From Octopus sinensis (Eukaryota), in NCBI RefSeq assembly GCF_006345805.1, contig NC_043017.1:9362001-9426000 (forward strand): a DNA stretch of 64,000 bases, given 5' to 3'. The position numbers and the translations under genes were made by a program. Position 1 is the stretch's first letter. Each line of letters opens with the position of its first letter. The notes below the pieces were generated by a model. It saw nothing but the letters and a program-made list of their open reading frames with translations. It was not told where the DNA came from and did no database searches. Of the stretch, positions 1 through 13,038 are shown in pieces.

Positions 1-204
1 ATAGAGGGGACAAACAAGGACAGACAAAGGGATTAAGTCGATTACATCGACCCCAGTGTGTAACTGGTACTTTATTTATCGACCCCGAGAGGATGAAAGG
101 CAAAGTCGACCTCGGCGGAATTTGAACTGAGAACGTAACGACAGACGAAATACCGCTAAGCATTTCGCCCAGCGTGCTAACGGTTCTGCCAGCTCGCCGC
201 CTTA
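1..204 (-). mobile_element. tRNA-derived SINE family A (truncated by the window edge)
   Basis: Reverse complement of the 235-bp family with A box (GGCGAGCTGGCAGAA) and B box (GAGTTCAAATTCC). Confidence 0.85.
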
Positions 205-968
205 TATTATATTGTGTGGCACTCTCATCTGAAACACACACAAGCAAATTATGAAACGCAAAATGTAGAAGATCCTTGAACTGAGTTGTAGTAGCAGTGG
301 CATCCCAGCCTTGACAATCCTATCTCTTATTCAGACATTGTGTATCTAGGACTACATTGTTTTGTAGTCCAATGTAACCTTGTGGTTTCAGACAGAATTG
401 GTTGTTTTTTCTAGCAGGATCAGGCAATCACAGAATCACTCCCTCAGTGAGTCAGTAGTAACCTTGCTTACAGTAGTAGGGGGTAGGGGTGTTATGATGA
501 TGATGATGATGGTGATGAGTAATGGTGGTAGTAGTGGTGGTGGTGGTGGTGAAAATAGTGATTGTTGTTGTTATTGTGGTGGTAGTGGTGGTGGTGCCCT
601 GAATGAGAGCTGAAAATATGGCAGGAAATGGCACCTCATACGGTAGTAGGTCTCTGACAAGGTTTACATAATATATGACAGCATCATGACACACTCCACC
701 ACTTCCTCCCCGAACCTCTCCTCCTCAATAACCACCACCACCACCACCAACACTACCACTATGACTTCAACCACCACTAACCTCCTTCACAATCAACAGA
801 TAAGCTGCATGGCTGAGGTTTGACATGGTAAAGAAGTGTGTGTGTATATATATATATATGTATTTATATATATATATGTATATATATTTATATATGCATC
901 AGCATGGCCGCAGCTCTGAGCTGAAACAAGAAAAACGAAATATATATATACACACACACACACAGACA

Positions 969-1230
969 CACATGGTTCCTGGTTCAGTCCCACTGCATGG
1001 CACCTCAGGCACGTGTATTCTACTGTAGCCTTGAGCTGACCAAAGCCTTGTGAGTGGATTTGGTAGACAGAAACTGAAAGAAGCCTGTCATGTGTGTGTG
1101 TGTGTATGTTTGTGTGTCTGTGTTTGTCTCCCCACCATCACTTGACAACCGATGTTGGTGTGTTTACATCCCCATAACTTAGTGGTTCCAGCAAAAAGAG
1201 ACCAATAGAATAAGTACTAGGATTACAAAG
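969..1230 (+). mobile_element. SINE family B, partial
   Basis: ggttcagtcccactgc..gcacct..ccaaagccttgtgagtggatttggtagac, as in the full-length copies. Confidence 0.75.
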
Positions 1231-1868
1231 ATGTTTGGGCAACATCCCCCACACACGAAAAAAATTCTGGATCTCCTCATACTCCCCACCCCCCCACCCC
1301 ACTGTGCTGGTTGATTTCAGTTTGAAGAATCATGTCTTGTGATTGCTTCTCATGGTTTCCTGATTGCATGACTGGAGATCTAAAGCTGTGACTTCACAAT
1401 TAGAGCCTGGTGCAGCCTCCTGGTTTACCAGACCTCAGTCAAACCGTCTGACCCATGCCAGCATGGAAAAACGGACGTTAAACGATGATGATGATGATGA
1501 TGATGATGAACTAATTAATATTTATATTTTTAGAATTAGCCTGTGTAGACAGCATCTTACTTGCCGACTCATAGAGCGAATTTGTGATAAACACACACAG
1601 GCATGCACTCACGCATGCACATGCGTGTACACACAACACACACACACACGCACGCACACTTACATACACACATGTGAGCTAAGAAATTATATCATTTCAA
1701 ATAAATCTTTTAAAACAAAAAAAAAACTGGTGGGGATTTATTTTAAAAACAAAAACCCCCCAAAAAAAAAATTTGAGAGAGAAAAAGAAGAGAGGGAGGG
1801 GAGGGGAGGGGGGAAAGATGCAGTATGTTAATATAACCTACATATTGATTCAATCTAATTGCTCATAC

Positions 1869-2168
1869 CCTGTGTGTGTGTATGTGTGGTGTGTGTTTGT
1901 GTGTGTATGTGTATGTGTGTGTGTGTGTGTTTGTGTGTGTATGTGTGTGTGTGTTTGTGTGTTGTTGTGTGTGTGTGTGTGTGTTGTGTGTGTTGTATGT
2001 GTGTTGTGTGTGTGTTTGTTGTTGGTGTATGTTTGTGTGTGTGTGTGGTGTTTGTGTGTGTGTGTGTTTGTTGTGTGTGTGGTGTTTGTGTGTGTGCAAA
2101 CTTATCTAAATATTGGTTATCTTCATGTTTATATATTTGGGTATGTTCATAAATATGTTGCATGTGTA

Positions 2169-2210
<42 letters not shown>

Positions 2211-2695
2211 CATAAGCATTATATATATATAATATATACATATATATAACATATATATATATGCTTTCATATATATATATGTATATATATATATGATTTT
2301 ATGCATGTACATGTATACATAGTGTGTGTGGTGTATATATATATATATATTATATATATATATGCTTTTATGTATATGTATATATATAATATATATATAT
2401 ATGCATGCACACACACACAGTATATATGTCACTTTATGCCCCAGAAAGAGGGTGTGTTGTATGTGCATGTATGTTGACATAAGTAGTTACCTTCATGTTT
2501 GTACATGTGGGTACAAAAACGAAGTATATGTATGAATGTATGTATACATGTGTATGTGCATATGTATATAAGTATGCATATATGTATGTATATATGTGTG
2601 TGTATGATGTGTGCATAAAGATATGTACCTATACATATATTCCTATCCATACATGCCTATACATATATACCTATTGATATGTGTATGTGTATATA
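1869..2695. repeat. (TG)n/(TA)n compound microsatellite
   Basis: Composition. Confidence 0.95.
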
Positions 2696-2926
2696 TAAGG
2701 TGGCGAGCTGGCAGAAACGTTAGCGCGCCGGGCGAAATGCTTAGCGGTATTGCGTCTGTCGTTACATTCTGAGTTCAAATTCCGCCGATGTCGAATTTGC
2801 CTTTCATCCTTTCGGAGTCGATAAATAAAGTACCGGTTACGCACTGGGGTCGATGTAATCGACTTAATCCCTTTGTCTGTCCTTGTTTGTCCCCTCTATG
2901 TTTAGCCCCTTGTGGGCAATAAAGAA

Positions 2927-2929
<3 letters not shown>
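2696..2929 (+). mobile_element. SINE family A, full length
   Basis: A and B boxes, conserved body, ends aaagaaata. May be one of the published octopus OK/OR1/OR2 families; not assigned. Confidence 0.85.
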
Positions 2930-2963
<34 letters not shown>

Positions 2964-3139
2964 TGTCTCCACATACAAGTGGGTCATGTTGTTGTTACAT
3001 GTGTAAAGGGTTTTAATCCCTTTTAAGTACAAACTTTTCTCATTTTCATTTTTCAAAAAGAAAGGGGGGGAAAAAAACCCTTCTTGTGGAATTTTCTCAA
3101 GTGTTCTCCTCCAATGCACAACAGATTTGTTTCATTTAT

Positions 3140-3570
3140 CTCTTTGGACTGTGGCCATGCTGGGGCACAGGATTGAAGAGTTCACTGGAGCAAACCAACC
3201 CCTAGGTTTTATTTTAAAGCCTGGTACACTTGTTATCAGACCCTTTTTGCTGAATTACTAAGTTATGGAGGTGTAACCAAACCAACACTGGTTGGAGGAC
3301 AATCACAAAGACACATGCACATATATATTTTTATTCTTTTATTGTATTTTTTACTTGTTTCGGTCATTTCTGACTGCAGCCATGCTGGGGCACTGCCTTG
3401 AAGGGTTTTAGTCAAACAAATCGGGACCAGGACTTTAGTTTTTAAAGCCTGGTCCTTATTCTATCGGTCTCTTTTTGCCAAACTGCTAGGTTACGGGAAT
3501 GTAAACATACCAACCCCAGTTGTCAAGTGGCAGTAGTGGGAGGACAAACACAGACACAAAGATACACACA
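3140..3570 (-). mobile_element. Two diverged 3' halves of SINE B
   Basis: Reverse complement of the tgctccagcatggccacagtc tail, present twice. Confidence 0.55.
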
Positions 3571-3687
3571 GATACACACACACACACACACACATATAGT
3601 TCATATTTACAGAAAACAAAATCTGAAGACAGGTGTAGGAACAGCAAGCAGATGTAATAGTTTAACACTTGGGAAGAATGGAAAGGT

Positions 3688-3724
3688 CTTTGATATTTCG
3701 AGCCTATGCTCTTCAACAGAAAAG
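3688..3724 (-). ncRNA. Hammerhead-like motif, family 2, core CUGUUGA (A6U)
   Basis: Minus strand CUUUU-CUGUUGA-A-GAGC-AUAG-GCUC-GAAAU-AUC-AAAG; all three stems can form. Confidence 0.45.
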
Positions 3725-4445
3725 ATTAAGAGGGGAAAAATGGTGAGAGAAAAAATGTGAATGGATTAACGGTTCGATGGGCTTCCTTCAGTTTCTGTCC
3801 ACCAAGTCCATTCACAAGGCTTTAGACACTTGCCTAAGGTGTCACACAGAGGGACTGAACCTAGAACTGTGTGGTTCGGAAGCAAGCTTCTTACCACACA
3901 GCCATGCCTTCATTTGATGTTTGCTTACCATGTTGGCATGGGTAAGATGGTTCAATAGGAAGCTGGTGAGTTGCAGAGATGCACCAAGCTACAATATCAT
4001 CTTTGGCATGATGTCTATGGTTGGATGCCCTTCCTAATACCAACCACTTACACACATACACACACACACTCATACACACACTCACACACACACACACACA
4101 CAACAAGCTTCTTTCAGTTTCCATCTAACAAATCCAGTAGCAAGGCTTGGGTTGGTCAGGGACTATAAAAGAAGACACTTGCTCAAGCTGACCTGACCTG
4201 ACCTGTAGATCATCATCATCATCATCATCGTCGTCATCACTTAACATCTGCTGTCCATGCTGGCATGGGTTGGACAGCTTGACAGAAGCTGATGAGCTGG
4301 AGAGCTGCATCAAGTTCCAATCTGATTTCACATGGTTTCTATAGCTGGATGCCCTTCCTAACGCCTTACTACATACATTGTGTTGATGCTGATTCAGCCT
4401 GTGAGATACTCAGCCACTTATACCAAGATGATTCAGTGACTAGGT

Positions 4446-4602
4446 CAGTGGCATAGCTAGAGTTTGTGCCACCCTTCAGTTTGCGCCCCCTGCACAGCTC
4501 CCTCCGTAAACAGCCTGCATGGGCTCATACAGCAGACCCAAATAAGCTGACCCCTTCGTGAAAGTGGCCCCTGGGGCAGGGGAGCATACCTCCGTGCCAC
4601 TG
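4446..4602. mobile_element. Possible small hAT-like MITE
   Basis: CAGTGGCA...TGCCACTG 8-bp inverted ends; no matching target duplication. Confidence 0.35.
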
Positions 4603-4669
4603 ACGTTGCTGCTGGAGTCTGTTGTCTGATTAACAACTGAATTCTCATCATTGAAGCCGACAAATCCAT

Positions 4670-4702
<33 letters not shown>

Positions 4703-4959
4703 ATGTGCGCGCGCGTGTGTGTGTGTGTATGTGTGTGAAAATAGATTTTCTGGAGCCGATCGTCTGAAGTCGAAAATAAAAATGATGCCGGAGGTTGTGG
4801 TGGAGTTGGCGGGGGTGGGGATGAGTGGGTGGTGGAGGCAGCCGAAATGACCACCGATCTTTGTGAAAGTTGCCAATTCCAGTCAGTATTAGATGTCGGT
4901 CGGAAGTGTTTGGAATCTTTAATTCTATGGCACTGTTACCTCCTCTCGCCACTCCTCAC

Positions 4960-5575
4960 GCTGTCATCATCACCACCGTTGCTACTACCACCAACACCGC
5001 CGCCGCCGCCTTCATCACTCATTACCCCACCACCACCATTACAAAATGACCATCACTACTGTCACACCACCACCACAACAACAACAATAATAACACATCA
5101 TCACTACACCATCTCCGCCACTACCTCAAGCACAACATGACACCACCACCATCACACCTATACCATCCAGCAATCATCGCACAGCCACCATGCACAATCA
5201 TACAATCATCATCATCACCACTACAACAACAACAGCAACCACCACAATACAATACTACTGCACGTCGTCTCCACCAATCAGTACCACCACCAACACCATC
5301 GTATACTACTCCAGCACCATACACCACCACCACCACCACCGCCTTCACCACAACAGCAGCACAACTGCAATACCACCACCACCACCATCATCATATACTG
5401 CTCCACCACCATATACCACCGCAACCACAGCATCAAGGCAGCAACAGCATCAATGCAATACCACCACCACCACCACCATACACTACTTCACTGTTATACA
5501 ACCACCACACGTTCGCCACACCGCCGCCACCACCACCACCACCACCACTGCCGCTACCACAACCATGTCAATGCT
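4960..5575. repeat. (ACC/CAT/CAA)n low-complexity tract
   Basis: Composition. Confidence 0.9.
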
Positions 5576-5753
5576 ATTAGTTTGAAACTAATAAAGCTGT
5601 TGTTTAAAGATCTACAATCTGACGAAGGTCGACTCTTTTCCCACAAGATCTTATCAACATTACTTCATATGCCTTTCACTGCTGCTGCTGCTGCTGCTCT
5701 TGTCGGTTTTGTTGTTGTTGTTGTTGCTGATGATGATAATGATGATAATGATG

Positions 5754-5991
5754 AAGGCGGCGAGCTGGGAGAATCGTTAGTACACTGGGCGAAATGCGTA
5801 GCCGTATTTCGTCTGCCGTTACGTCCTGAGTTCAAATTCCACCGAGGTCGACTTTGCCTTTCATCCTTTCCGGGGGTCGATAAATTAAGTACCAGTTACG
5901 CTCTGGGGGTCGATGTAATCGATTTATTCCATTTGTCTGTCCTTGTTTGTTTCCTCTCTGTGTTTAGCTCCTTGTGGGTAGTAAAGAAATA
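5754..5991 (+). mobile_element. SINE family A, full length, within a (GAT)n tract
   Basis: Matches the other family A copies. Confidence 0.85.
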
Positions 5992-6016
5992 GATGATGAT
6001 GATGATGATGATGTCG

Positions 6017-6048
<32 letters not shown>

Positions 6049-7084
6049 GATGATGATGATGTCGATGATGATGATGATGATGTCGATGATGATGATGATG
6101 ATGAAGACGAAGATGAAGAAGGCATGTCGGCCTAGTGGTTTAAGGTGCTGCACTCTTTGCAGTCATGAAATTGTGGTTTCGATTCCTGGACTGGGCTGAG
6201 TGCATTTGTGTTCTTCAGCAAAAACATTTCGTTTCGCGTTGCTTCACTCTGCTCAGCTGTGTGGAAAATAAGTCGAAGCGATGAGCTGGGAAGTTCCCGT
6301 CCAGGAAGGGAATCTTGTAATTTCACTTGATTATTCGCCATGGAAACCAGGTTAGTTAAGCTCTGGCCTTATCAGTCCCAGGGGCTCAAGAACAAAATAA
6401 AAGCTGTCGTGTTGTTGTTGTTGTTAGTGGCGTCTCATTTATCGTTACATTTTAAGTTCAAATTCCACTGAGGTTACCTTTGACTTTTATCTTTTGGTGG
6501 GGTCGTTTAAAATAAATACCAGTTGAGGAACAGGTTGATGATGATGATGACGATGATGATGATTGACCATGCCGTTCATCTCTTCAGAAGAGAATCTTGA
6601 ATTATATGGGGGGGGGATTTGGCTGCTATTTCTAGCAGACTACATGACCAATCACATACAGGTTCCCTCAGTGGCTCAGTTCATTGTTGTTGCTGTTCTT
6701 TTCCCCTCCCCCCTCCCACACATCCCCAGCCAGATTATTCCGAACAGGTAAGCTTCTGATCAACAGTGTTCCAACCATAACCATCCTGTCTGTTTTACTT
6801 CCCAACTACATTAATCATGGGTGTCTCTGAAAAGGTGCAATTTAGGTTATGAGGGAGTTTTGGCTGCTATTTCTGTATGACGTGTCATTAGCTTGGTTTC
6901 TTCACATTCTTGCTGTTTTGTTGTTGTTATATTTTGACTGCTCCTTATTGATTTGTTTGTCACATCAGTCACATGTTACTTGTGCCACCACATGGTACAA
7001 ATGTGACACCCTCACAGCAACACAGAGGTGCCTCTCAAACAATAGCCTAGTTGTACCACCCACACTACAACACAATTGTTTCAA

Positions 7085-7560
7085 CTAGACTCGACCTAGT
7101 TATGTCAGACACATGGCCTAGTTTTGTCAGATACAACGACCTACTTTGTATCAAGTCACACAGTGACCCAGTTTTATCAAACACACGCTGACACAGTTTA
7201 TGTCAGACATACCATGACACAGTTTTGTCAAACACAGTGACCCAATTTTGTTAGACACAATCCAGTTTTCTCTCCCATTATGACCTAGTTACTTTGGTTT
7301 GTCAGAAAAAATAAGACCTAGCTTTGTCAGACATTCCAAACACACATAGATATGGAATTATATCTATCAGGTATACAATGACCCAGTTTTATTAAACACA
7401 GTGACCTAATTATGTCAAGCACACAATAATCTGGCTTTTGTCAGCCACAACATGGCAGCCTAGATTTGTCTGGCACAGCATGACCTAATTGCCACAATCA
7501 CCCATGACCTAGATGTGTCAGCCATGACCTACTTTGATCAGGCACATGTCATGTCAAACT
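7085..7560. repeat. Degenerate minisatellite, unit about 23 bp (tgacc(c/t)agttttgtcagacac)
   Basis: Recurrent motif visible across the interval. Confidence 0.7.
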
Positions 7561-7899
7561 GTGTACAAGGTGTTTATCTTTTCAGTGGCCCCTTAGCAAC
7601 AGACTAAGAGCCAATTGCTAACAATACATACAAACTTATATACATGTGTGTGTCTCCATCATAATCATCATTATGTATCCACTTTTCCATGCTGGCATGG
7701 GTCAGACTGAATATATGGAGGCAGATTTTCCAAGTAAACTAATATTCCCCATGATCAAACATATTTTCGACAGAAGACAAGAAATGAACACCCTCGCTTT
7801 GATGGTGATGCTCGTTTACAACCAGTATATGACATTTAGATAAGGGTACACACACACACACACACACACACACACTCATTTACATATATAGGTATATAC

Positions 7900-8110
7900 A
7901 CATATAACGAGAAGGTTTACGAAAATAAACAAAAGACGAAGGCAGGTGGAGTACAAACAAACAAATGTATTAATTAGTATGGCGCTCAGGAATAGAAATA
8001 GAACAAGTCTTTTATGTTTCGAGCCTATGCTCTTCGACAGAAAGATACACAGAAAAGAAACAAGGAGAGAAAAAATATGTATAGGAGCTAACGGTCCATC
8101 ATGGCATTCT
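7900..8110 (-). mobile_element. Penelope-like fragment, family 2 (related copy about 3620-3775)
   Basis: Shares tttcgagcctatgctcttc(a/g)acagaaa and a downstream gagagaaaaaat..taacggt segment with 3620-3775, and cgctcaggaa with the 31795 family. Confidence 0.45.
8009..8044 (-). ncRNA. Hammerhead-like motif, family 2, core CUGUCGA (A6U)
   Basis: Minus strand CUUU-CUGUCGA-A-GAGC-AUAG-GCUC-GAAAC-AUA-AAAG; stems I and II are perfect, with a C-A mismatch in stem III. Confidence 0.45.
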
Positions 8111-8924
8111 GACTTCATATACAATGGGCTTCTGTCAACTTTCTCTCAAAAGCTTTGGTCAGCCCAGGGCTAAAGTAGAAGATACCAAAAGTGCCATGCA
8201 GTAGGACTGAACTAAGGACCTCACATATTGGGAAGCAAGCTTCTTAGCCACACACGGTCTAATAAACTCCTTAAAAATATTTTTTAACTTATTAATTGAA
8301 TTGGTAGAGTGACAAACAAAACGTCTTGTGGTATTTAGTTATGGCACTTTATGTTTTGAGTTCAAAACCTACCACAGTCGACTTTGCTTTATTCTTCCTT
8401 TGAGGTTCATAAAATAAAATATCAACTGAGTGCTGGGGTTAATATGGTCAACCGTTTCTCTCTGGCTCCACTCTAGCACAAGTTTTCTAGTTGTGTGTCT
8501 ACGTCAGAAAGCGTAAAAACGAAACAGTGAAATGCACATTTGAGAATTCACTGTAGTTTTTGGCTTGATTAGATCTTCTAGAATGATCTAATCACTATTT
8601 CTTCCCTCTCACTTCCTCTAGCTCTGTCTTTTTCTCTTCACTTCTCTCTTTCTGCTTCTCTTGCTCCCCCTCACTGCTCCACTCTCTTACTCTCTCTTTT
8701 CCTCTCTCCCTGTCTCTGCCTCTCACTCACCCCCTCTCTCCTCCCGCCTCTCTCCTAGCATATTTTTAACAGCAACAAACAAGAAGTATTCCTTCCTTAA
8801 TCATAAAGACATTTCATTGCTTAGCATTTGGCTGATATTTTTTCTTCTCCTTCTAAAAGAGGTGAATGACCTGACTTGATGTCTCTTGTTTCTGTTCTTC
8901 ACGACTTTTAAATCATTGTGAAAT

Positions 8925-9390
8925 CACCATCATCATCATCATCATCATCACTACCACCACCGCCACCACCAACACCACCACCACCAACACTGCCACCAAC
9001 ACCACCACCAACAACACCACCACTACCAACACCACCATCACCATCACCACCAACACTGCCACCAACACCACCACCAACAACACCACCACCACTACCAACA
9101 CCACCTACACCACCAACACCACTACCACCACCAACACCACCACCAACAACACCACCATCACCACCAACACTGCCACCAATACCACCACCAACAACACCAC
9201 CACTACCAACACCACCATCACCATCACCACCAACACTGCCACCAACACCACCACCAACAACACCACCACCACTACCAACACCACCTACACCACCACCACC
9301 AACACCACCAACACCACTACCACCACCACCACCACCAACACCATCACCAACACCACCACCAACACCACCACCACCACCATCATCATCATT
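8925..9390. repeat. (ACC)n-type low-complexity tract with a 180-bp higher-order duplication
   Basis: 9001-9110 is repeated at 9181-9290. Confidence 0.9.
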
Positions 9391-9801
9391 TCTGTTGGTC
9401 AGCAACTGTGTCGCTCGTAAAATGCAATATACTCTGCTTCCTGTCGACAAAGTGTGCAATTATTGGTAGCAGAGTGCAGCAACTATGGTGTAAATATGCA
9501 CCGATTCCTGACACCATCGCGTGCATTATTAAAATCTGCCCTCAGGTGGGTGTACGGTGGAGGGGGGATTGATTATGTGTGTTCTTGTTCTTTGTTTTCT
9601 TTCTTTTTCTCCCCCCCCCCTGTTATCAGTCTTCTCTTGTCTGGTCCATCTTCGTTTAAACTGACCTCACTGTGATACAAACACTAATTAGACGAGATCT
9701 TAATCGAAGCTTGTAAAGAGATGCGGGGGGGGGGGGAAGAAAACCAAAGCAAAACAAAATACAACCCTATTAAAAAATAAATCCTTGTCATCGTCATTGC
9801 T

Positions 9802-10347
9802 TTAACCCTTTGCTTATCCAAAGCATTTTCATAAGTTTCTTCCAAACGTCCATGCTCGTTTATAGACAGCTAATTAGCACTTTTTCTCATGTGTTTTAAG
9901 TAGCATAAAGCTTTCCTAACATAAGTCCCAAGTTACTCTGGGGTCTGAAAAAACTGGGAATGTGTCTCATGGATGCTGGGGAAATATGTCCTGGATATCA
10001 CATATGATAAACAGGACAAGCAACATTGGGAATGTGATATCATATGTGATGCGTCCCAGATATCACATGTGATAAACAGGACAGGAAAATTGGGAATGTG
10101 ATATCATATGAGATGCATGGATGCCAGGGAAATATGTCCCGGATATCACATGTGATAAACAGGACAGGCAACATTGGGAATGTGATATCATATGTGATGC
10201 ATGGATGCCAGGGAAATATGTCCTGGATATCACATGTGATAAACAGAACAGGCAACATTGGGAATGTGATATCATATGTGGTGTATGAATGCCAGGGAAA
10301 TATGTTTAGTGTATAATATATGATATATAGGATAGGGAAAGGGTTAA
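9802..10347. mobile_element. piggyBac-like MITE with an internal 84-bp tandem repeat (about 4 units)
   Basis: TTAA-CCCTTT...AAAGGG-TTAA ends; unit starts at 10116 and 10200. Confidence 0.7.
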
Positions 10348-10588
10348 CATCCACTTTTCTGTGCTTGCATGGGTCAGATGGAATGAATTGTTAAGGCAGA
10401 TTTTCTGAGGTCAGATGCTCTTCCTGTCACCAACACTCACCTCTTTCCATGCAAGGAGATACTTCCTCATGGCCAGGTGTGTTTTTCATGAAAGATTTGA
10501 AATGAATGGCACTGCTTCCTTGACAACAATGCTTAGTTACACATTTTGTGTGATAGCAAAACAAGGAGACACAAACACATACATACAA

Positions 10589-10637
<49 letters not shown>

Positions 10638-10784
10638 CACGCACATACACACACATATCTTTTACTTGTTTTAGTGTGTGGCCATGCTGGGGCACTACTT
10701 TGAAAAATTTTAGTTGAACAAACCAACCCCTGTACTTATTACTTTTTATAGCCTGGTAAATATTCTATCAGTCATATTATATAT

Positions 10785-11268
10785 ATCATCATCATCGTTT
10801 AACGTCCGCTTTCCATGCTAGCATGGGTTAGACGATTTGACTGAGGGCTGGCGAACCAGATAGCTGCACCAGGCTCCAATCATGATCTGGCAGAGTTTCT
10901 ACAGCTGGATGCTCTTCCTAATGCCAACCACTCTGAGAGTGTAGTGGGTGCTTTTATGTGCCACCAGCACGGGGCCAGTCAGGTAGTACTGGCAACGACC
11001 TCGCTCAAATCTTTTATACATGCCACCGGCACAGGTGCCAGTAAGGTGATGCTGGTAACGATCATGCTCGAATGCTGTCTTTTATGTGCCACCAGCACGG
11101 AGGCCAGACAGCCGCTCTGGCAACAATCATGCTCAGATGGTGCTTTTAATACCCTACTAGCACGGGGCTCAAGTGCCAGTAAGGTGACGCTGGTAACGAT
11201 CACACTCGAATGGTGCCTTTTAAGTGTCACTGGCACAGAAGCCAGTCATCAACTTTGATTTTGATTTA
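10785..11268 (-). mobile_element. RTE 3' UTR copy (no ORF)
   Basis: Same sequence as 32880-33137, with an (ATC)n tail on the plus strand. Confidence 0.75.
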
Positions 11269-11681
11269 TATATATATATATATATATAATATATATATAT
11301 ATATTATATAATATATATATATATATATTATATATATATATATATATATATGTAGAGAGAGAGGTGGGGGGCTCAAAAGACTCTTTCACTTCTTGTCTAT
11401 CAATCCAGTAACAAGGCTTTGATCAGTCTGGGACTATGGAAGAAAACACTTGCCCAAGGTGCCACGTAGTGGTACTGAACCCAAAGCTATGTGGTTACGA
11501 AGCACAGTCTCAGCCATACAGTCATGCCTGCACCTATCTATGTGTGTGTGTGTATATATATATATATACAAACACACACCCACACCCACACATTCATGTA
11601 TATATAGCATTTATGATATATATTATAATCATAGGCAACCAGCTATGTAACACAAATGAAATTTCTTTTTTTATTATTGTT

Positions 11682-11827
11682 GTTGTCATTATTGTTATTA
11701 TTATCATCATCATCATCATCATCATTATTATTATTATTACTATTATTATTATTATTATTATTACTATTATTATTATTATTATTACTATTATTATTATTAT
11801 TATTATCATTATTATTATTACTATTAC

Positions 11828-11868
<41 letters not shown>

Positions 11869-11882
11869 TGTTATTATTATCA
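11682..11882. repeat. (ATT)n/(ATC)n microsatellite
   Basis: Composition. Confidence 0.95.
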
Positions 11883-12164
11883 TTGCAAGGCCGCCTGCAT
11901 TGTTGCTGAGGAGGCATTGACTTATGTTATACGTCACTGCAAAAAGCAACTGCACCACCTCGTGTGTATGTGTGTGTGTGTGTGTGTGTGTACGTGTGTG
12001 TGTATGTGTGTGTTCTGTTTATGTAACAGCTGCACTCAGGATTGGCTTGGAATTTACCAACCTTCTATTTATATATTGTTTCGTTTTATTGTCCTCGTGT
12101 CTGTTTTTTCCATGCTGGCATGGGTTAGAGGAGTATATTACTACCGAACCTCTGTTATTATATT

Positions 12165-12313
12165 ACAGCTGACATCATCTATCTTTACATTCTGAGTTCA
12201 AGTACCAGAAGGTCGACTTTGCATTTCAGCCTTTAGGGTTCGATGTAATCGACTAGCACCCCCAACCATGCCCACCCTGCCAAAATTTAGGCTTTGTACA
12301 TATAGTAGAAAGG

Positions 12314-12348
<35 letters not shown>

Positions 12349-12676
12349 GTCTTCACATTCTGAGTTCAAATTTCGCCGAGGTCAGCTCTGCCTTTTATTC
12401 TTCTAGTATCAATAAAATAAGTACCAGTTATGCACTGGGGTCAATGTAATCGACTAATCCCCACCCCCAAAATTTCTGCCTTTAGTAGAAATTATTATTA
12501 TTATTATTATTATATTATTATGTCTTCACGTTCTGAGTTCAAATTTCGCCGAGGTCAGCTCTGCGTTTTATTCTTTCAGGGTCAATAAAATAAGTACCAG
12601 TTATGCACTGGGGGTCAATGTAATTGACTAGTCCTTGCCCCCAAAATTTCTGGCCTTTCTGCCTTCAGTAGAAAGG

Positions 12677-12720
<44 letters not shown>

Positions 12721-12845
12721 GGTGGTGACCTGGCAGAATCGTTAGCACACCCAGGTAAAATGCTTAGCGGCAGGCACCTGGCCTGTCTTTATGTTCTGAT
12801 TTCAAATGCCGCTGGGATTGACTTTGTCTTTCATCCTTTTGGGGC
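12165..12845 (+). mobile_element. Cluster of partial SINE A copies with an alternative 3' end and (ATT)n tails
   Basis: Three to four repeats of ttctgagttcaaa...ccccaaaattt...tagtagaaaggattatt. Confidence 0.7.
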
Positions 12846-12849
12846 CATA

Positions 12850-13038
12850 CCCGGCCAAAATATTCTGGCTCTTTTATGATCAAACTGGCCAGATCCAACA
12901 TCTCACACCTACCCTACAATGTCATTCTAAATATAAACAATCATATCATTGATATCTCAAAGCTCTGAGATAATGTGCGATTAATCCAAAACAACATGAT
13001 TACATTTGACAGAGTTATCTAAATGCTTAAAGGGTTAA
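12850..13038. mobile_element. Fragment of another TTAA-ended MITE family (related pieces at about 40600-40860 and 41150-41273)
   Basis: Shared ctggccagatcc..ctcacacct.ccctacaatgtcattct; ends AAAGGGTTAA. Confidence 0.5.

Noticed and set aside
2696-2790. tRNA gene (A and B boxes)
   Set aside because: No complete cloverleaf; continues into a conserved SINE body in all copies.
5600-5640. acaatCTGACGAaggtc partial hammerhead
   Set aside because: No stem II closure or GAAA downstream.
4829-5992. His/Pro/Thr-rich ORFs
   Set aside because: (ACC/CAT)n repeats running into a SINE A.
8908-9469. Pro-rich/Gly-rich 183-aa ORFs resembling extensin or glycine-rich proteins
   Set aside because: Both strands are open because the DNA is an (ACC)n microsatellite; no splice or start context.
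10040-10354. ORFs with a 28-aa repeat
   Set aside because: In-frame by-product of the 84-bp tandem unit inside a MITE.
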